A DNA stretch of 64,000 nt. It comes from Clostridiales bacterium (GTDB lineage: Bacteria; Bacillota; Clostridia; Caldicoprobacterales; UBA3941). A model generated the notes under the pieces. That model worked only from the letters and a program-made list of their open reading frames with translations. It made no database searches and was not told the origin of the DNA. Within the stretch, counting starts at the first letter, position 1. Each line of letters opens with the position of its first letter. This document shows positions 25,476 through 35,874 of this stretch, in pieces. A program made the translations under genes and the position numbers. The stretch lies in the NCBI GenBank assembly GCA_012735575.1, contig JAAYGY010000050.1:9020-73019 (forward strand). The letters run 5' to 3'.

Positions 25476-27044
25476 GTGAATACAATAAGATTTAGTGATT
25501 TGAATTTAGACCCAAAAATACTGAAAGCCATCGATGATATGGGCTTTGAAGAACCATCAAAGATACAAATAGAGGTTATTCCCGTTTTATTACAAGGATA
25601 TGATGCTATTGGTCAGGCACAGACGGGAACAGGTAAGACCTTGGCTTTTGGGGCACCTATATTAAATAACATGGAAAGTACTGGGTATATAAATAGTTTG
25701 ATACTGACCCCAACCAGAGAGCTGGCTGTACAGGTAAATGATGAATTAGTCCGTATTGGGAAATATACCAACGCAAAGTTATTGCCTGTATATGGGGGAC
25801 AACCTATTGAGAGGCAGATAAGGGCTATCAAAAGGGGAGTTGATATAATAGTAGGAACTCCCGGAAGGGTACTGGACTTAATTAGAAGAAATGTTATCAA
25901 TCTAAAGCATATCAAGTTCCTTATCCTGGACGAAGGGGATCAGATGTTGGATATGGGATTTATCAGTGATATTGAAGCCATAATTAAAGCTTCAAATCAT
26001 GATAGGCAAACCATGATTTTTTCGGCTACCATGCCTGATGCTATAAAGAAGCTAGCAAAGCAGTATATGAGACCAAACGCTAAGCATATTTCAGTCATTA
26101 GGAATGTAATGACTGTATCTACTGTTGAACAGTACTATTATGAAATTAAAAATAAGGATAAATTTGAATCACTATGTAGAATATTGGATGTTGAGGAGCC
26201 TTCCAGCTCAATAATCTTTTGCAGAACAAAAAGAGGGGTAGATGAGCTGACACAGGCTCTACAAGCTCGTGGTTATAATGTAGAAGGTATGCACGGTGAT
26301 ATGAATCAGAATCAAAGGCTTCAAACCCTAAATAGATTTAAAAATGGTAATGTAGAATTTCTTGTAGCAACAGACGTGGCTGCAAGAGGGATAGATATAG
26401 AGGGAGTATCCCATGTCATAAATTATGATCTTCCCCAGGATACTGAATCTTATGTTCACAGGATAGGAAGAACGGGTCGTGCCAATAGGGGAGGTATAGC
26501 CTACTCATTGGTAACCCCTAAGGAATACTCTATGTTAAAGCTAATTCAAAGAACTACCAAATCTAAAATCAAGAGAAAAGAAATACCAACCATTGATGAG
26601 ATTTTTCACTCAAAATACCACAGTATAGTTAGTCGTGTAAAAAAATCCCTGGAAAAGGATGATTTTAAGAAATTCATCCCTTTGGTATCCGAACTGGATG
26701 AAGACTACAGTTTGGTGGATATATCGGCAGCTTTGATGAGTTTAGTATATGATAAGGAAGTAACCTTCGATTATACTAATGATGATATTGGCCATTCCAA
26801 TGATTATACCAGGTTATTTATATCCGTAGGAAAGAAGGACAGATTAAAGCCCAAAGTATTAGTCCGGTTTTTATGCAGTAATGCCCAAATAAGCAGCGAA
26901 TCCGTCGGAGATATAGATATCATGGACAAATTTTCCTTTGTCAACGTAGATAAGAATGCAGTAAAGCCCATATTAAAGCATTGTTCTGGTAAAATGTTAT
27001 CAGGTCGAAGGGCAATAATACAGATATCAAAACCAAAGAAATAG
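25476..27044 (+). CDS. DEAD-box ATP-dependent RNA helicase (CshA/DeaD-like with DbpA-type C-terminal RNA-binding domain)
   Basis: Q motif GFEEPSKIQ, motif I AQTGTGKT, a DEGD variant of the DEAD box (LILDEGDQM), SAT, and HRIGRTGRA. GTG start after AAGAGGA. Confidence 0.9.
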   Translation: MNTIRFSDLNLDPKILKAIDDMGFEEPSKIQIEVIPVLLQGYDAIGQAQTGTGKTLAFGAPILNNMESTGYINSLILTPTRELAVQVNDELVRIGKYTNAKLLPVYGGQPIERQIRAIKRGVDIIVGTPGRVLDLIRRNVINLKHIKFLILDEGDQMLDMGFISDIEAIIKASNHDRQTMIFSATMPDAIKKLAKQYMRPNAKHISVIRNVMTVSTVEQYYYEIKNKDKFESLCRILDVEEPSSSIIFCRTKRGVDELTQALQARGYNVEGMHGDMNQNQRLQTLNRFKNGNVEFLVATDVAARGIDIEGVSHVINYDLPQDTESYVHRIGRTGRANRGGIAYSLVTPKEYSMLKLIQRTTKSKIKRKEIPTIDEIFHSKYHSIVSRVKKSLEKDDFKKFIPLVSELDEDYSLVDISAALMSLVYDKEVTFDYTNDDIGHSNDYTRLFISVGKKDRLKPKVLVRFLCSNAQISSESVGDIDIMDKFSFVNVDKNAVKPILKHCSGKMLSGRRAIIQISKPKK

Positions 27045-27151
27045 TTAATGTAGGAAGAAACAATAAAATAATAGTTTTTTGAAGGATTTTTTCTAAAGCT
27101 GTAGAACTATTTTCATAGTCAAAATATTACCGGAAAGGATTATTTTAGGCT

Positions 27152-27832
27152 ATGAGTAAAAATCTACATGCTGGTCATAGACAGAGACTAAAAGCCAGGT
27201 TTTTGTCTGAGGGCCTGGATGCTTTTGAGGATCATCAGGTATTAGAACTATTACTCTTTTATGCAGTACCTAGAAAGGACACCAACGAGCTGGCACATAG
27301 GATGATAAAGGAGTTTGGATCCTTAGCGGGGCTTTTTGAGGCCGATGTTAAGGATATTGTCAGAAGATGTGGTGTGTCAGAGCATACTGCTATTTTGTTA
27401 GCATTAATACCATCTCTGTCCAGGAGATATTTTTTAAATAAATGGGGAGAAAAACCCCTTATAAACAGTTCATCCAAAGCTGGGGAGTATGCTATATCTC
27501 TCCTTGCTGGAAGGATATACGAGGCATTCTATGTAATATGCCTTGATAGTCAAAATCGGGTAAATCATGCCGATATGGTTCATGAAGGAACCATTAACGA
27601 AGCAGTTGTCTATCCAAGGCTTATAGTTGAAACTGCACTTAGGCATCAGGCTAATAGTGTAATTTTAGCTCATAATCACCCAGGGGGCAGCACCCGTCCT
27701 TCAGCAGCTGATATTAATGTGACTAAAAGGATTGTCACAGCTTTAGAGAGTATTTCTATAAAAGTTTTGGATCATATTATTGTTGCAGGAGATAAATATG
27801 TTAGCTTTGCAGAAAGAGGTTTATTAGATTAA
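27152..27832 (+). CDS. radC: RadC-family JAB/MPN domain protein
   Basis: N-terminal HRQRLKARF...LELLL and C-terminal JAMM motif ILAHNHPGGSTRPSAADINVT. Confidence 0.9.
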   Translation: MSKNLHAGHRQRLKARFLSEGLDAFEDHQVLELLLFYAVPRKDTNELAHRMIKEFGSLAGLFEADVKDIVRRCGVSEHTAILLALIPSLSRRYFLNKWGEKPLINSSSKAGEYAISLLAGRIYEAFYVICLDSQNRVNHADMVHEGTINEAVVYPRLIVETALRHQANSVILAHNHPGGSTRPSAADINVTKRIVTALESISIKVLDHIIVAGDKYVSFAERGLLD

Positions 27833-27866
27833 TATATAATATAGCAACTTTTTAGGAGGAAAAGCC

Positions 27867-28340
27867 ATGAAGGAGATTGTTTTAGCGGGAGGATGCTTTT
27901 GGGGTGTAGAAGAATTCTTTTCCAGAATAGATGGTGTTGTTGATACCAAGGTTGGATATGCTAATGGAACTGTTGATCATCCAAGCTATGAAGATGTATG
28001 CACCGGAACTACAGGGCATGCAGAGGCATGCTATGTAAAGTATGACGAGAATAAAATAAGCCTGAAGGAATTATTGGATAAATTCTGGAGTGTCATTGAC
28101 CCCACAGTATTAAACAGACAGGGAAATGATGTGGGCAGCCAATACCGAACAGGAATATATTATATTGATGACGATGATTTGGAGATTATTAATGAGAGTT
28201 TAAAGAGGGAGCAGGCAAAGTATGAAAAGCCTATTGTAACTGAAGTAGTGCCCCTATCCTGCTTTTATAATGCTGAGGAGTATCATCAAAGATATCTAAA
28301 AAAGAATCCTGATGGCTACTGTCATATTAAGCTTGACTAG
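27867..28340 (+). CDS. msrA: Peptide-methionine (S)-S-oxide reductase
   Basis: Active-site GGCFWGVEE and SQYRTGIYY blocks. Confidence 0.95.
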   Translation: MKEIVLAGGCFWGVEEFFSRIDGVVDTKVGYANGTVDHPSYEDVCTGTTGHAEACYVKYDENKISLKELLDKFWSVIDPTVLNRQGNDVGSQYRTGIYYIDDDDLEIINESLKREQAKYEKPIVTEVVPLSCFYNAEEYHQRYLKKNPDGYCHIKLD

Positions 28341-28406
28341 AAAATATACATTAAGAAGTAAGTTGCCAGGCAGGGTCTTAAAAGGTGACAGAGGGAGAGA
28401 GGGAAT

Positions 28407-28706
28407 TTGAAAATTAGTTTTATAAAATTATTGTCTGTTTCACTTTTGATAATAGCTATGTTAATGATTCTAACAGGCTGTATTCCTGGTGATGGCCGAA
28501 ATACTCAGCAAAAGCCGGCAGGTTTCTTTTGGGGAATATGGCATGGCTGGATGGCTCCCATATCTTTGATAATAGGTATATTTGATGATAGAATACGAAT
28601 ATACGAGGTCTTTAACAAGGGATGGACCTATGACTTTGGATATTATATAGCTATTATAAGTGGCTTTGGCAGCATATCCCTTTTTAGAAAAAAGGACAAA
28701 AAATAA
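28407..28706 (+). CDS. Small membrane lipoprotein, unknown function
   Basis: TTG start after GAGGGAGAGAGGGAA. Lipobox LTG-C, two further hydrophobic helices and a KKDKK tail. Confidence 0.5.
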   Translation: MKISFIKLLSVSLLIIAMLMILTGCIPGDGRNTQQKPAGFFWGIWHGWMAPISLIIGIFDDRIRIYEVFNKGWTYDFGYYIAIISGFGSISLFRKKDKK

Positions 28707-28739
28707 GGAAACAATTAATAAGGAAGGGGAAGGAGTAAG

Positions 28740-29354
28740 TTGGGTAAAAATCTATTACTGGATATAAAGGAGCAAAAGGTGGCTCCTTTTAATTGGAAGA
28801 ACCAGGCCGATTTCACACTTTTGCCTGAAGGTGGAATCCGAATCTTTGCGCCAGGAAAAACTGATTTTTTCTGCAATCCTGACGGGACAAGTGTACAACA
28901 TTCAGCACCTTATCTTTATTTAAATGTAACAGGTGACTTTGTCATGAAGGCACATGTTTGCCATCCATTTAAGCATAAATGGGATGCTGCGGTCTTGATG
29001 GTACGTGAGGATGCCAACCGCTGGGCAAAGCTTTGCTTTGAAGGATCAGATTTTGGAACTCAGGCAGTGGTAAGTGTGGTTACTAATAACGGCCTGTCCG
29101 ATGATGCTAATGGGGTAAACTACCACTGGCCCAGTGTATGGCTTCAGATAGTCCGAAAAGGCAATCTATTTGGCATGCATTACGGACCCGACGGCCAAAC
29201 ATGGAACATGGTGCGTTACTTTACTTTAGATGTTCCAAAAACCATTAAGGCTGGAATGGTAGCCCAGTGTCCTGTTGGGCAAGGAACCTATGCTGATTTT
29301 ATGTATTTTAGTATGGAAAATAGATCTGTAGATGATATTCGTGCTGGTATTTAG
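28740..29354 (+). CDS. DUF1349-like (concanavalin A-like lectin/glucanase fold) protein
   Basis: FNWKNQADF...APGKTDFFCNPDG... pattern and a length typical of DUF1349. TTG start after AAGGAG. Confidence 0.55.
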   Translation: MGKNLLLDIKEQKVAPFNWKNQADFTLLPEGGIRIFAPGKTDFFCNPDGTSVQHSAPYLYLNVTGDFVMKAHVCHPFKHKWDAAVLMVREDANRWAKLCFEGSDFGTQAVVSVVTNNGLSDDANGVNYHWPSVWLQIVRKGNLFGMHYGPDGQTWNMVRYFTLDVPKTIKAGMVAQCPVGQGTYADFMYFSMENRSVDDIRAGI

Positions 29355-29390
29355 TTATAGTTGGTATTTAAATTTAATGGAGGATAATCA

Positions 29391-30086
29391 TTGAGTAAAA
29401 TACATTATTCTGACATAAACATTATTTACGAGGACAATCACCTATTGGTTGCAGAAAAGCCGGTTAATATACCATCTCAGCAGGATAGGTCAGGAGATAA
29501 GGATATATTGACCCTTTTGAAAGAGTATATTAAAGAAAAGTACAACAAGCCTGGAAATGTATATCTGGGCCTGGTTCATAGATTGGACAGGCCTGTGGGA
29601 GGGGTTATGGTATTTGCCAAAACTTCAAAGGCTGCTTCCCGTCTATCAGAACAGATACGTACCAGACAGTTTGGCAAAAAATATCTGGCGGTTATCCACG
29701 GGATACCGCCAGTTAAATCTAACAAAAATCTTGTACACTATCTCATTAAGGATAGACACAAAAACATAGTAAAAGTTGTAGACAGTGGAACAGAGGGGGC
29801 CCAAAAAGCTATATTGGATTATAAGGTTATTGGACAATCATCTGGTATGGCTTTAGTTGAAATAGATCTTCACACAGGACGCCCCCATCAAATAAGGGTA
29901 CAGTTTGCTGAAATTGGACATCCATTATATGGTGACCAAAAGTATGGCTACTACTTAAACCAGCCAGGGCAGCAAATTGCTCTTTGGTCCAGATCCATAA
30001 CTCTTATACATCCAACCATGAGGGAAACTATGACCTTTTCTAGCTTACCCCATTCTATATATCCTTGGAATCTTTTTGATTATTAG
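29391..30086 (+). CDS. RluA-family pseudouridine synthase (no S4 domain)
   Basis: Catalytic HRLDRPVGGVMVFAKT and TGRPHQIRVQ motifs. TTG start after GGAGGA. Confidence 0.85.
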   Translation: MSKIHYSDINIIYEDNHLLVAEKPVNIPSQQDRSGDKDILTLLKEYIKEKYNKPGNVYLGLVHRLDRPVGGVMVFAKTSKAASRLSEQIRTRQFGKKYLAVIHGIPPVKSNKNLVHYLIKDRHKNIVKVVDSGTEGAQKAILDYKVIGQSSGMALVEIDLHTGRPHQIRVQFAEIGHPLYGDQKYGYYLNQPGQQIALWSRSITLIHPTMRETMTFSSLPHSIYPWNLFDY

Positions 30087-31263
30087 AGTTTCTCCAGGCC
30101 TTTACTGCCTTGTTAAGTCTATTTAAACCTTCCTCCAAGGTGACTCGGGGGCAGGCTATGTTCATTCTTAGAAAACCTTCGCCGTCAGGACCAAAGTCCA
30201 GTCCATTATTAAGACCTAATTTCCCTTTATTAATCATGAATTTATGAAGAGTTTTTCCATCCATGTTAAGAGCCCTGCAATCAAGCCAAACCAAATAGGT
30301 GCCTTGAGGTTTTGTGACCTTTATTTCAGGAATGTTTGTTTCAAGGTATTCCATAAGACAATTAATGTTATCATCCAGATATATAATCAAATCTTCCAGC
30401 CATGATTCCCCATGAGTATAGGCTGCTTCCATGGCTACCATACCAAAGACATTGCTCATGCCTATTCCGATGCGGTTTATGGTTTTTTTAAACTCCATCC
30501 TGAGCTTTGGATTGGGTATAATTACAGCTGATGTTGTCAACCCGGGAACATTAAAGGTTTTACTGGGTGCGATGCATGTAACTGAATTTTGTTTAATATA
30601 CTGTGATACAGTTGCAATAGGCGTATGCTTATGTCCTGGCATTATAAGATCTGAGTGGATCTCATCAGATATCAATAATACTTCATATTTTTCACATAGT
30701 TTTGCTATCCTATCAAGTTCAGTTCTAGTCCATACTCTGCCTACAGGATTATGGGGACTGCAGAGAATCATCATTTTACACCCGGAGGCCATTTGATCTT
30801 CCAGGTTTTTGAAATCTATAGAATAATACCCGGATTTTTCAATCAGGGGATTAACAACCAGTGTCCTGTCATTGTTTTTGACAACTGAGAAAAAAGGCGG
30901 ATAAACTGGTGATTGAATGATAACAGAATCTCCAGGCTGAGTAAAGGACATAATAGCTAAGTTCAGGGAGGTAACTACTCCGGGAGAGTATAAAATCCAT
31001 TCCTTAGCCACATTCCATCCATGTCTCTTTTTCATCCATCCAATGACGGATTCATAAAGGGAATCTGGATGAGTAGTGTATCCAAAAATTCCATGCCTGT
31101 TTCTTTCTTCTATACTATCTAAAATTGGCTTTGGACAGGCAAAATCCATATCAGCCACCCACATGGGGAGGACATCGGCTGCACCAAAAGTTGTATCCAG
31201 ATTGTCCCATTTTACGCTATGAGTGTTGCTACGTTCAATAGGTTTATCAAAATCAAAGACCAT
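30055..31263 (-). CDS. MalY/PatB-type PLP-dependent cystathionine beta-lyase (class I/II aminotransferase fold)
   Basis: N-terminus FDFDKPIERSNTHSVKWD, DEIHSDL and SPSKTFN (PLP lysine) blocks. Confidence 0.85.
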   Translation of the reverse strand: MVFDFDKPIERSNTHSVKWDNLDTTFGAADVLPMWVADMDFACPKPILDSIEERNRHGIFGYTTHPDSLYESVIGWMKKRHGWNVAKEWILYSPGVVTSLNLAIMSFTQPGDSVIIQSPVYPPFFSVVKNNDRTLVVNPLIEKSGYYSIDFKNLEDQMASGCKMMILCSPHNPVGRVWTRTELDRIAKLCEKYEVLLISDEIHSDLIMPGHKHTPIATVSQYIKQNSVTCIAPSKTFNVPGLTTSAVIIPNPKLRMEFKKTINRIGIGMSNVFGMVAMEAAYTHGESWLEDLIIYLDDNINCLMEYLETNIPEIKVTKPQGTYLVWLDCRALNMDGKTLHKFMINKGKLGLNNGLDFGPDGEGFLRMNIACPRVTLEEGLNRLNKAVKAWRNSNNQKDSKDI

Positions 31264-31337
31264 CTAATAACCCCCCATCTTAATATAATTATAGCTAATA
31301 TTTTACTACTTATTTTAACTCTGTGCAAACATGATAT

Positions 31338-31372
31338 GGGAAAAGCCGCTGATTATAGCAATCAGCGGCTTT
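31338..31372 (-). terminator. Terminator after serA (minus strand)
   Basis: aagccgctgat / atcagcggctt stem. On the minus strand it is followed by tttt. Confidence 0.6.
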
Positions 31373-31404
31373 GCTTATACATATCTTACTTTCGACAAAA
31401 CTTA

Positions 31405-32586
31405 CTATGGATGTAATTTTATTGATCTCATCTTTATTATGCCAGGAATGCAGGACAGGTGCTTTAGTGTTTCTTCTTTTACTTCGGTTTCGATATCGAT
31501 AATGGTATAGGCATATTCCTTCTTACTCTTGTTTATCATATTAGATATATTAATATGCTCTGAGGCCAGGCATGAGGTAATTTGTCCTACCATGTTAGGC
31601 ACATTTTTATGAGCAAGAGTTATTCTCTGGTGCGAATCAGCAGCAGGGGCTAGTTCGCATTCCGGATAGTTTACGGAATTTGAGATATTTCCGTATTCAA
31701 GGTAATTTCTTAGTTCTTTAACTGCCATATATGCACAGTTCTCTTCAGACTCAGGAGTAGAGGCACCAAGATGGGGAATAGCTATAATATTTTCCACGCC
31801 TATAAGCTTTTCATTTGGGAAGTCTGTTACATATTTACTAATATGACCACTAGCTAAGGCTTCTAATAGATCCTCATCATTTACCAGCTGTCCCCTGGAA
31901 AAGTTTAATAGGCGAACGCCCTTTTTCATTTTTGTGATAATCTCCTTGTTAATCATTCCACGGGTTTTATCCGTTAGAGGGACGTGGATAGAGATATAAT
32001 CCGATTCAGCTAACAGCTCATCTAAAGTTTCAGCTCTATGAATACCTCTAGATAATCTCCAGGCCGAAGTAACTGAAATGAAAGGGTCATAGCCTATGAC
32101 TTCCATACCAATGGCATGAGCATCATTAGCCACCATGACACCAATGGCTCCTAAGCCAATTACACCTATTTTTTTACCTTTGACTTCAGGTCCTGCAAAA
32201 TTCGATTTACCTTTTTCTACTATGGCAGCGATATCAACATCTTTGTCCTTGAGGGAATTAACCCATTGAATACCTTCTACGATTTTTCTGGAGGATAAAA
32301 GTATTCCTGCCAGCACTAGCTCTTTAACAGCGTTAGCGTTAGCCCCTGGCGTATTAAATACTACAATACCATTCTCTGTATATTTATCTACAGGTATATT
32401 GTTTACTCCTGCGCCAGCACGAGCAACCGCCAGCAGGGAAGGAGGGATTTCCATATCATGTAAATCATAGCTTCGGAGTAAAATGCCATGGGGGTCCGAA
32501 ATATCTGCAGAAACCTGATAACTATCTTCTGGTAATAGCTGCAAACCATTTTCAGATATATTGTTAAAGACCTTTATTCTATACAT
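31405..32586 (-). CDS. serA: D-3-phosphoglycerate dehydrogenase with C-terminal ACT domain
   Basis: 2-hydroxyacid dehydrogenase NAD motif GVIGLGAIG and catalytic-region blocks, in an operon with serC. Confidence 0.9.
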   Translation of the reverse strand: MYRIKVFNNISENGLQLLPEDSYQVSADISDPHGILLRSYDLHDMEIPPSLLAVARAGAGVNNIPVDKYTENGIVVFNTPGANANAVKELVLAGILLSSRKIVEGIQWVNSLKDKDVDIAAIVEKGKSNFAGPEVKGKKIGVIGLGAIGVMVANDAHAIGMEVIGYDPFISVTSAWRLSRGIHRAETLDELLAESDYISIHVPLTDKTRGMINKEIITKMKKGVRLLNFSRGQLVNDEDLLEALASGHISKYVTDFPNEKLIGVENIIAIPHLGASTPESEENCAYMAVKELRNYLEYGNISNSVNYPECELAPAADSHQRITLAHKNVPNMVGQITSCLASEHINISNMINKSKKEYAYTIIDIETEVKEETLKHLSCIPGIIKMRSIKLHP

Positions 32587-32610
32587 AACTACTCCTCTTT
32601 CCTAATGTTT

Positions 32611-33693
32611 TTACTTATTCTCTAGTTCAAACTTATTCATAAAATCTACCAGAGCCTTTACCCCTTCTATGGGCATTGCATTATATATGCTGGCTCTTAT
32701 ACCCCCAACAGACCTATGTCCTTTTAGGGATACCAGTCCATTTTGTTCTGCTTCTTTTATAAACTTGGAGGTTAGTTCCTCGCTCGGCAATGTAAAGGTA
32801 ACATTCATAATGGAACGATCTTTTGGGTTGGCAGTGCCTTTATACATACTGGAATTATCTATACAATCATATAGAAGCTTTGCTTTTTCTTTATTAATTT
32901 TTTCCATGGCTGGAACTCCTCCTAGATCCTTTAGCCATTCAAAGACCAGCTTTGCCATATATATGCTAAAGGTAGTCGGGGTATTGTATAGTGAGTTGTT
33001 ATCAACATGTACTTTATAGTTTAACATAACAGGAGTTATGTCCATAGCTCTTCCCACAAGATCTTCCCGGATTATTACAATAGTAACACCCGATGGTGCA
33101 ATATTTTTCTGGGCACCTGCATAAATAAGGCCAAATTTTGATACATCGTAAACTTCAGATAAAATGTTGGAGGACATATCTGCCACCAGAGGAACATCTC
33201 CTGTATCGGGCAGCTTAGTAAACCTTGTTCCATAGATAGTGTTGTTGGTAGTAATATGGAAATAATCTGAGTCCGGACTAGCCTTCATAGAATCAACATC
33301 AGGAATATAGCTAAAGTCCTGATCCTCAGAGGAGGCCACGATATTAACCTGGCCATAGCGTTGAGCCTCTTGTGCCGCTTTTTTCGCAAAATTACCTGTA
33401 ATAGCATAATCAGCCTTTTTATATTTGCTAAATAGGTTTAAAGGCACCATGGAAAACTGGGTAGTTGCCCCACCCTGTAAAAATAAAACCTTATAGTTTT
33501 TAGGAATGTCCATTAATTCCATAAGTAACTCTTGTGCACTATCAACTATGTCTTGAAAGGTCTTGGACCGATGACTCATCTCCATAGTAGACATGCCTGT
33601 ATCTTGATAATTTAATAATTCCTTTTGAGCTTTTTCAAGCACAGGTAAGGGTAAGGTAGATGGTCCCGGTGAAAAATTATACACTCGTTTCAT
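32611..33693 (-). CDS. serC: Phosphoserine aminotransferase
   Basis: MKRVYNFSPGPSTLP N-terminus, GAQKNI (PLP lysine) block and 360-aa length. Confidence 0.95.
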   Translation of the reverse strand: MKRVYNFSPGPSTLPLPVLEKAQKELLNYQDTGMSTMEMSHRSKTFQDIVDSAQELLMELMDIPKNYKVLFLQGGATTQFSMVPLNLFSKYKKADYAITGNFAKKAAQEAQRYGQVNIVASSEDQDFSYIPDVDSMKASPDSDYFHITTNNTIYGTRFTKLPDTGDVPLVADMSSNILSEVYDVSKFGLIYAGAQKNIAPSGVTIVIIREDLVGRAMDITPVMLNYKVHVDNNSLYNTPTTFSIYMAKLVFEWLKDLGGVPAMEKINKEKAKLLYDCIDNSSMYKGTANPKDRSIMNVTFTLPSEELTSKFIKEAEQNGLVSLKGHRSVGGIRASIYNAMPIEGVKALVDFMNKFELENK

Positions 33694-33980
33694 AAGAATC
33701 CTCCTAATTGCTTGTAGTTAATATTTAAAGAATGCATTTTATAATAATTGCATTCAATATTTCAGTCATCAGCATTTATGTATTATCAAAGATGCAAAGC
33801 ATATTATAATTCGGCCTAGATATTAATATAAGTATAATACATTTTATCAGAAATGGATATAAAAATATTATACTACATAATTTAATGAAGTAAAACATTA
33901 AATCAACATAATTTATCAAAATTCCATCAATTGATATAATAAAGATACTAATAAAAATTCAGTAAATACTCTTTGAGGAT

Positions 33981-34022
33981 AAAAAAAGAGCAACACAGTG
34001 TTTGTTACTCTATGTTGCTCTT
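33981..34022 (-). terminator. Terminator of the pot operon (minus strand)
   Basis: agagcaaca / tgttgctct stem. The A7 run on the plus strand is a T7 run after the hairpin on the minus strand. Confidence 0.8.
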
Positions 34023-34039
34023 TGCACTTATTTAATTTT

Positions 34040-35092
34040 TTATTTAGCCTTTATTTCAGTCCAAATTCTATCGTAGATCTCCAGGGCATCACTGACATCA
34101 TCAAAGACTTCAGCGTTTGCTATATCTTCATCGGAAGGATATGCAGCAATGTCATTAAGAAGTTCTTCATCCAGCATTTTCATAGTTTCAATATTAGGAG
34201 TGGAGTAGCCTATATAGTCGGTATTGCGGTAGGCAATTTCAGGATCACATAAGTAGTTGATAAACAACTCTGCTTCTTCTTTATTTTTACTTACTTTTGG
34301 TATTACAGCACAATCAAACCATAGGTTGCCTCCCTCTTTGGGTATAACGTATTCCAGATCTGGATTTTCCCATTTCATGGCCACTGCTTCTCCTGACCAT
34401 ACTACTGCCAGTGCTGCTTCTCCACCTACCATTTTATCCTTGACCTCATCTCCTACATAGGCAAGAACCAGAGGTTTTTGCTCAATAAGTTTCTGCTTGG
34501 CCTCTTCTAGCTCATCCAAGTTCCTGGTATTCATAGAATAGCCTAGCATCTGCAAGGTAAGACCTATGGAATCCCTTTGGCTGTCCACCATCAAAATTTG
34601 TTTGGCATATTTTTCATTCCACAGAATTTCCCAGCTGTCTACGGGATCATCTACCATGGTCTTGTTATATACAATACCCAGCGTACCCCAGAAGTAGGGA
34701 ACAGAATATTCATTATTAGGATCAGCAGGTAGATTTTTAAATTTATCATCTATATATTTGTAGTTAGGTATATTATCTAAATTGATTTTATGAAGCATAT
34801 CTTCATTTATCATCCGCTTTACCATGTATTCAGATGGGAAAACCACGTCATAAGTACTGCCACCTGACTTTAAACTCACATACATATCTTCATTTGTGGT
34901 AAAGGTAGTGTAAATGACTTTAATGTTATACTCTTTTTCAAAATCTGTGATTATACTTTTGTCAATATAGTCCCCCCAGTTATAGACCCTTATAGTTGCC
35001 TTATAGGACTGTCCGCAGCCGCTAAGTAAAAGAATGGAGACTATAGATACTGCCAGCAGCAAGGTGAACTTTAATTTTAAACTTCTTTTCAT
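34040..35092 (-). CDS. potD: Spermidine/putrescine ABC transporter substrate-binding lipoprotein
   Basis: Lipobox LLSG-C and PotD-like blocks (VYNWGDYI, PYFWGT), last gene of the potABCD order. Confidence 0.9.
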   Translation of the reverse strand: MKRSLKLKFTLLLAVSIVSILLLSGCGQSYKATIRVYNWGDYIDKSIITDFEKEYNIKVIYTTFTTNEDMYVSLKSGGSTYDVVFPSEYMVKRMINEDMLHKINLDNIPNYKYIDDKFKNLPADPNNEYSVPYFWGTLGIVYNKTMVDDPVDSWEILWNEKYAKQILMVDSQRDSIGLTLQMLGYSMNTRNLDELEEAKQKLIEQKPLVLAYVGDEVKDKMVGGEAALAVVWSGEAVAMKWENPDLEYVIPKEGGNLWFDCAVIPKVSKNKEEAELFINYLCDPEIAYRNTDYIGYSTPNIETMKMLDEELLNDIAAYPSDEDIANAEVFDDVSDALEIYDRIWTEIKAK

Positions 35093-35874
35093 ATGGCATT
35101 CTCCTTTCGAGAGTTATTTGAACTTCTCTTATTGACAATGAGTAGCAATAAGAGAACTGTAACAAACATAAGGGTTGACAGAGCATTGATTGATGGATTT
35201 ATACCTAGCCGTGCCATGGAATGGATGACTATGGATAGATTTGAAACTCCTGCTCCTGTAGTGAAATAACTAATAACAAAATCATCGATGGACAGGGTAA
35301 AAGCCAAAATCAATCCGGTTATCACACCTGGCATAATTTCCGGCAATATTACTTTTCTAAATGCATAGGAGGGGGTAGCTCCTAGATCTAAAGCCGCCTC
35401 ATACAGATGTTTATTCATCTGCTTGAGTTTGGGCATTACAGCAAAAATGACATAGGGAATATTAAATGTTATATGAGCCAGCAAAAGGGTTACAAATCCT
35501 CTTTCAATTTTGGCAAAAACAAAGAGAATCATTAGGGATATACCCGTTACTATATCAGGGTTTAGCATGGGCAGATAACTCAGGTTAATGATCACGTTTT
35601 TGCCTACTTTTCCCATATTATGAATGCCTAATGCAGCGATGGTACCGATTATAGTAGCAATAAGGGAAGCAAGCACTGCAATAAGTACTGTATAGTAAAG
35701 AGCAGACATAATCTCCCTGTCCCTAAAAAGCTCAACGTACCATCTTAGGGTGAAACCACCCCAATGACCTCTAAACTTTGAGTCGCTGAAGGAAAATATC
35801 ATTAGAATAATAATGGGGGCGTATAGAAAGAAAAATACCAATCCTACATAAAACCTTTTTATAAAACGAATCAA
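35089..35874 (-). CDS. potC: Spermidine/putrescine ABC transporter permease
   Basis: 6-TM permease with EAA-loop YEAALDLGATPSYAFRKVILP. 4-nt overlaps with its neighbours. Confidence 0.9.
   Translation of the reverse strand: MIRFIKRFYVGLVFFFLYAPIIILMIFSFSDSKFRGHWGGFTLRWYVELFRDREIMSALYYTVLIAVLASLIATIIGTIAALGIHNMGKVGKNVIINLSYLPMLNPDIVTGISLMILFVFAKIERGFVTLLLAHITFNIPYVIFAVMPKLKQMNKHLYEAALDLGATPSYAFRKVILPEIMPGVITGLILAFTLSIDDFVISYFTTGAGVSNLSIVIHSMARLGINPSINALSTLMFVTVLLLLLIVNKRSSNNSRKENAI

Noticed and set aside
27152-27832. RadC/JAB gene considered as a marker of a mobile or anti-restriction island.
   Set aside because: Its neighbours are housekeeping genes (DEAD-box helicase, msrA, rluA-family synthase). 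There is no integrase, repeat boundary or tRNA, and the protein has the full-length chromosomal RadC architecture with the N-terminal HhH-like region.
33739-33764. Inverted repeat GAATGCA-N12-TGCATTC about 45 nt upstream of serC. I also checked for a Ser T-box leader.
   Set aside because: No T-box elements (specifier loop, or a conserved T-box sequence with GGTGGTACCGCG-like core) occur in the 290-nt leader. The 7-bp inverted repeat alone is weak evidence for an operator.
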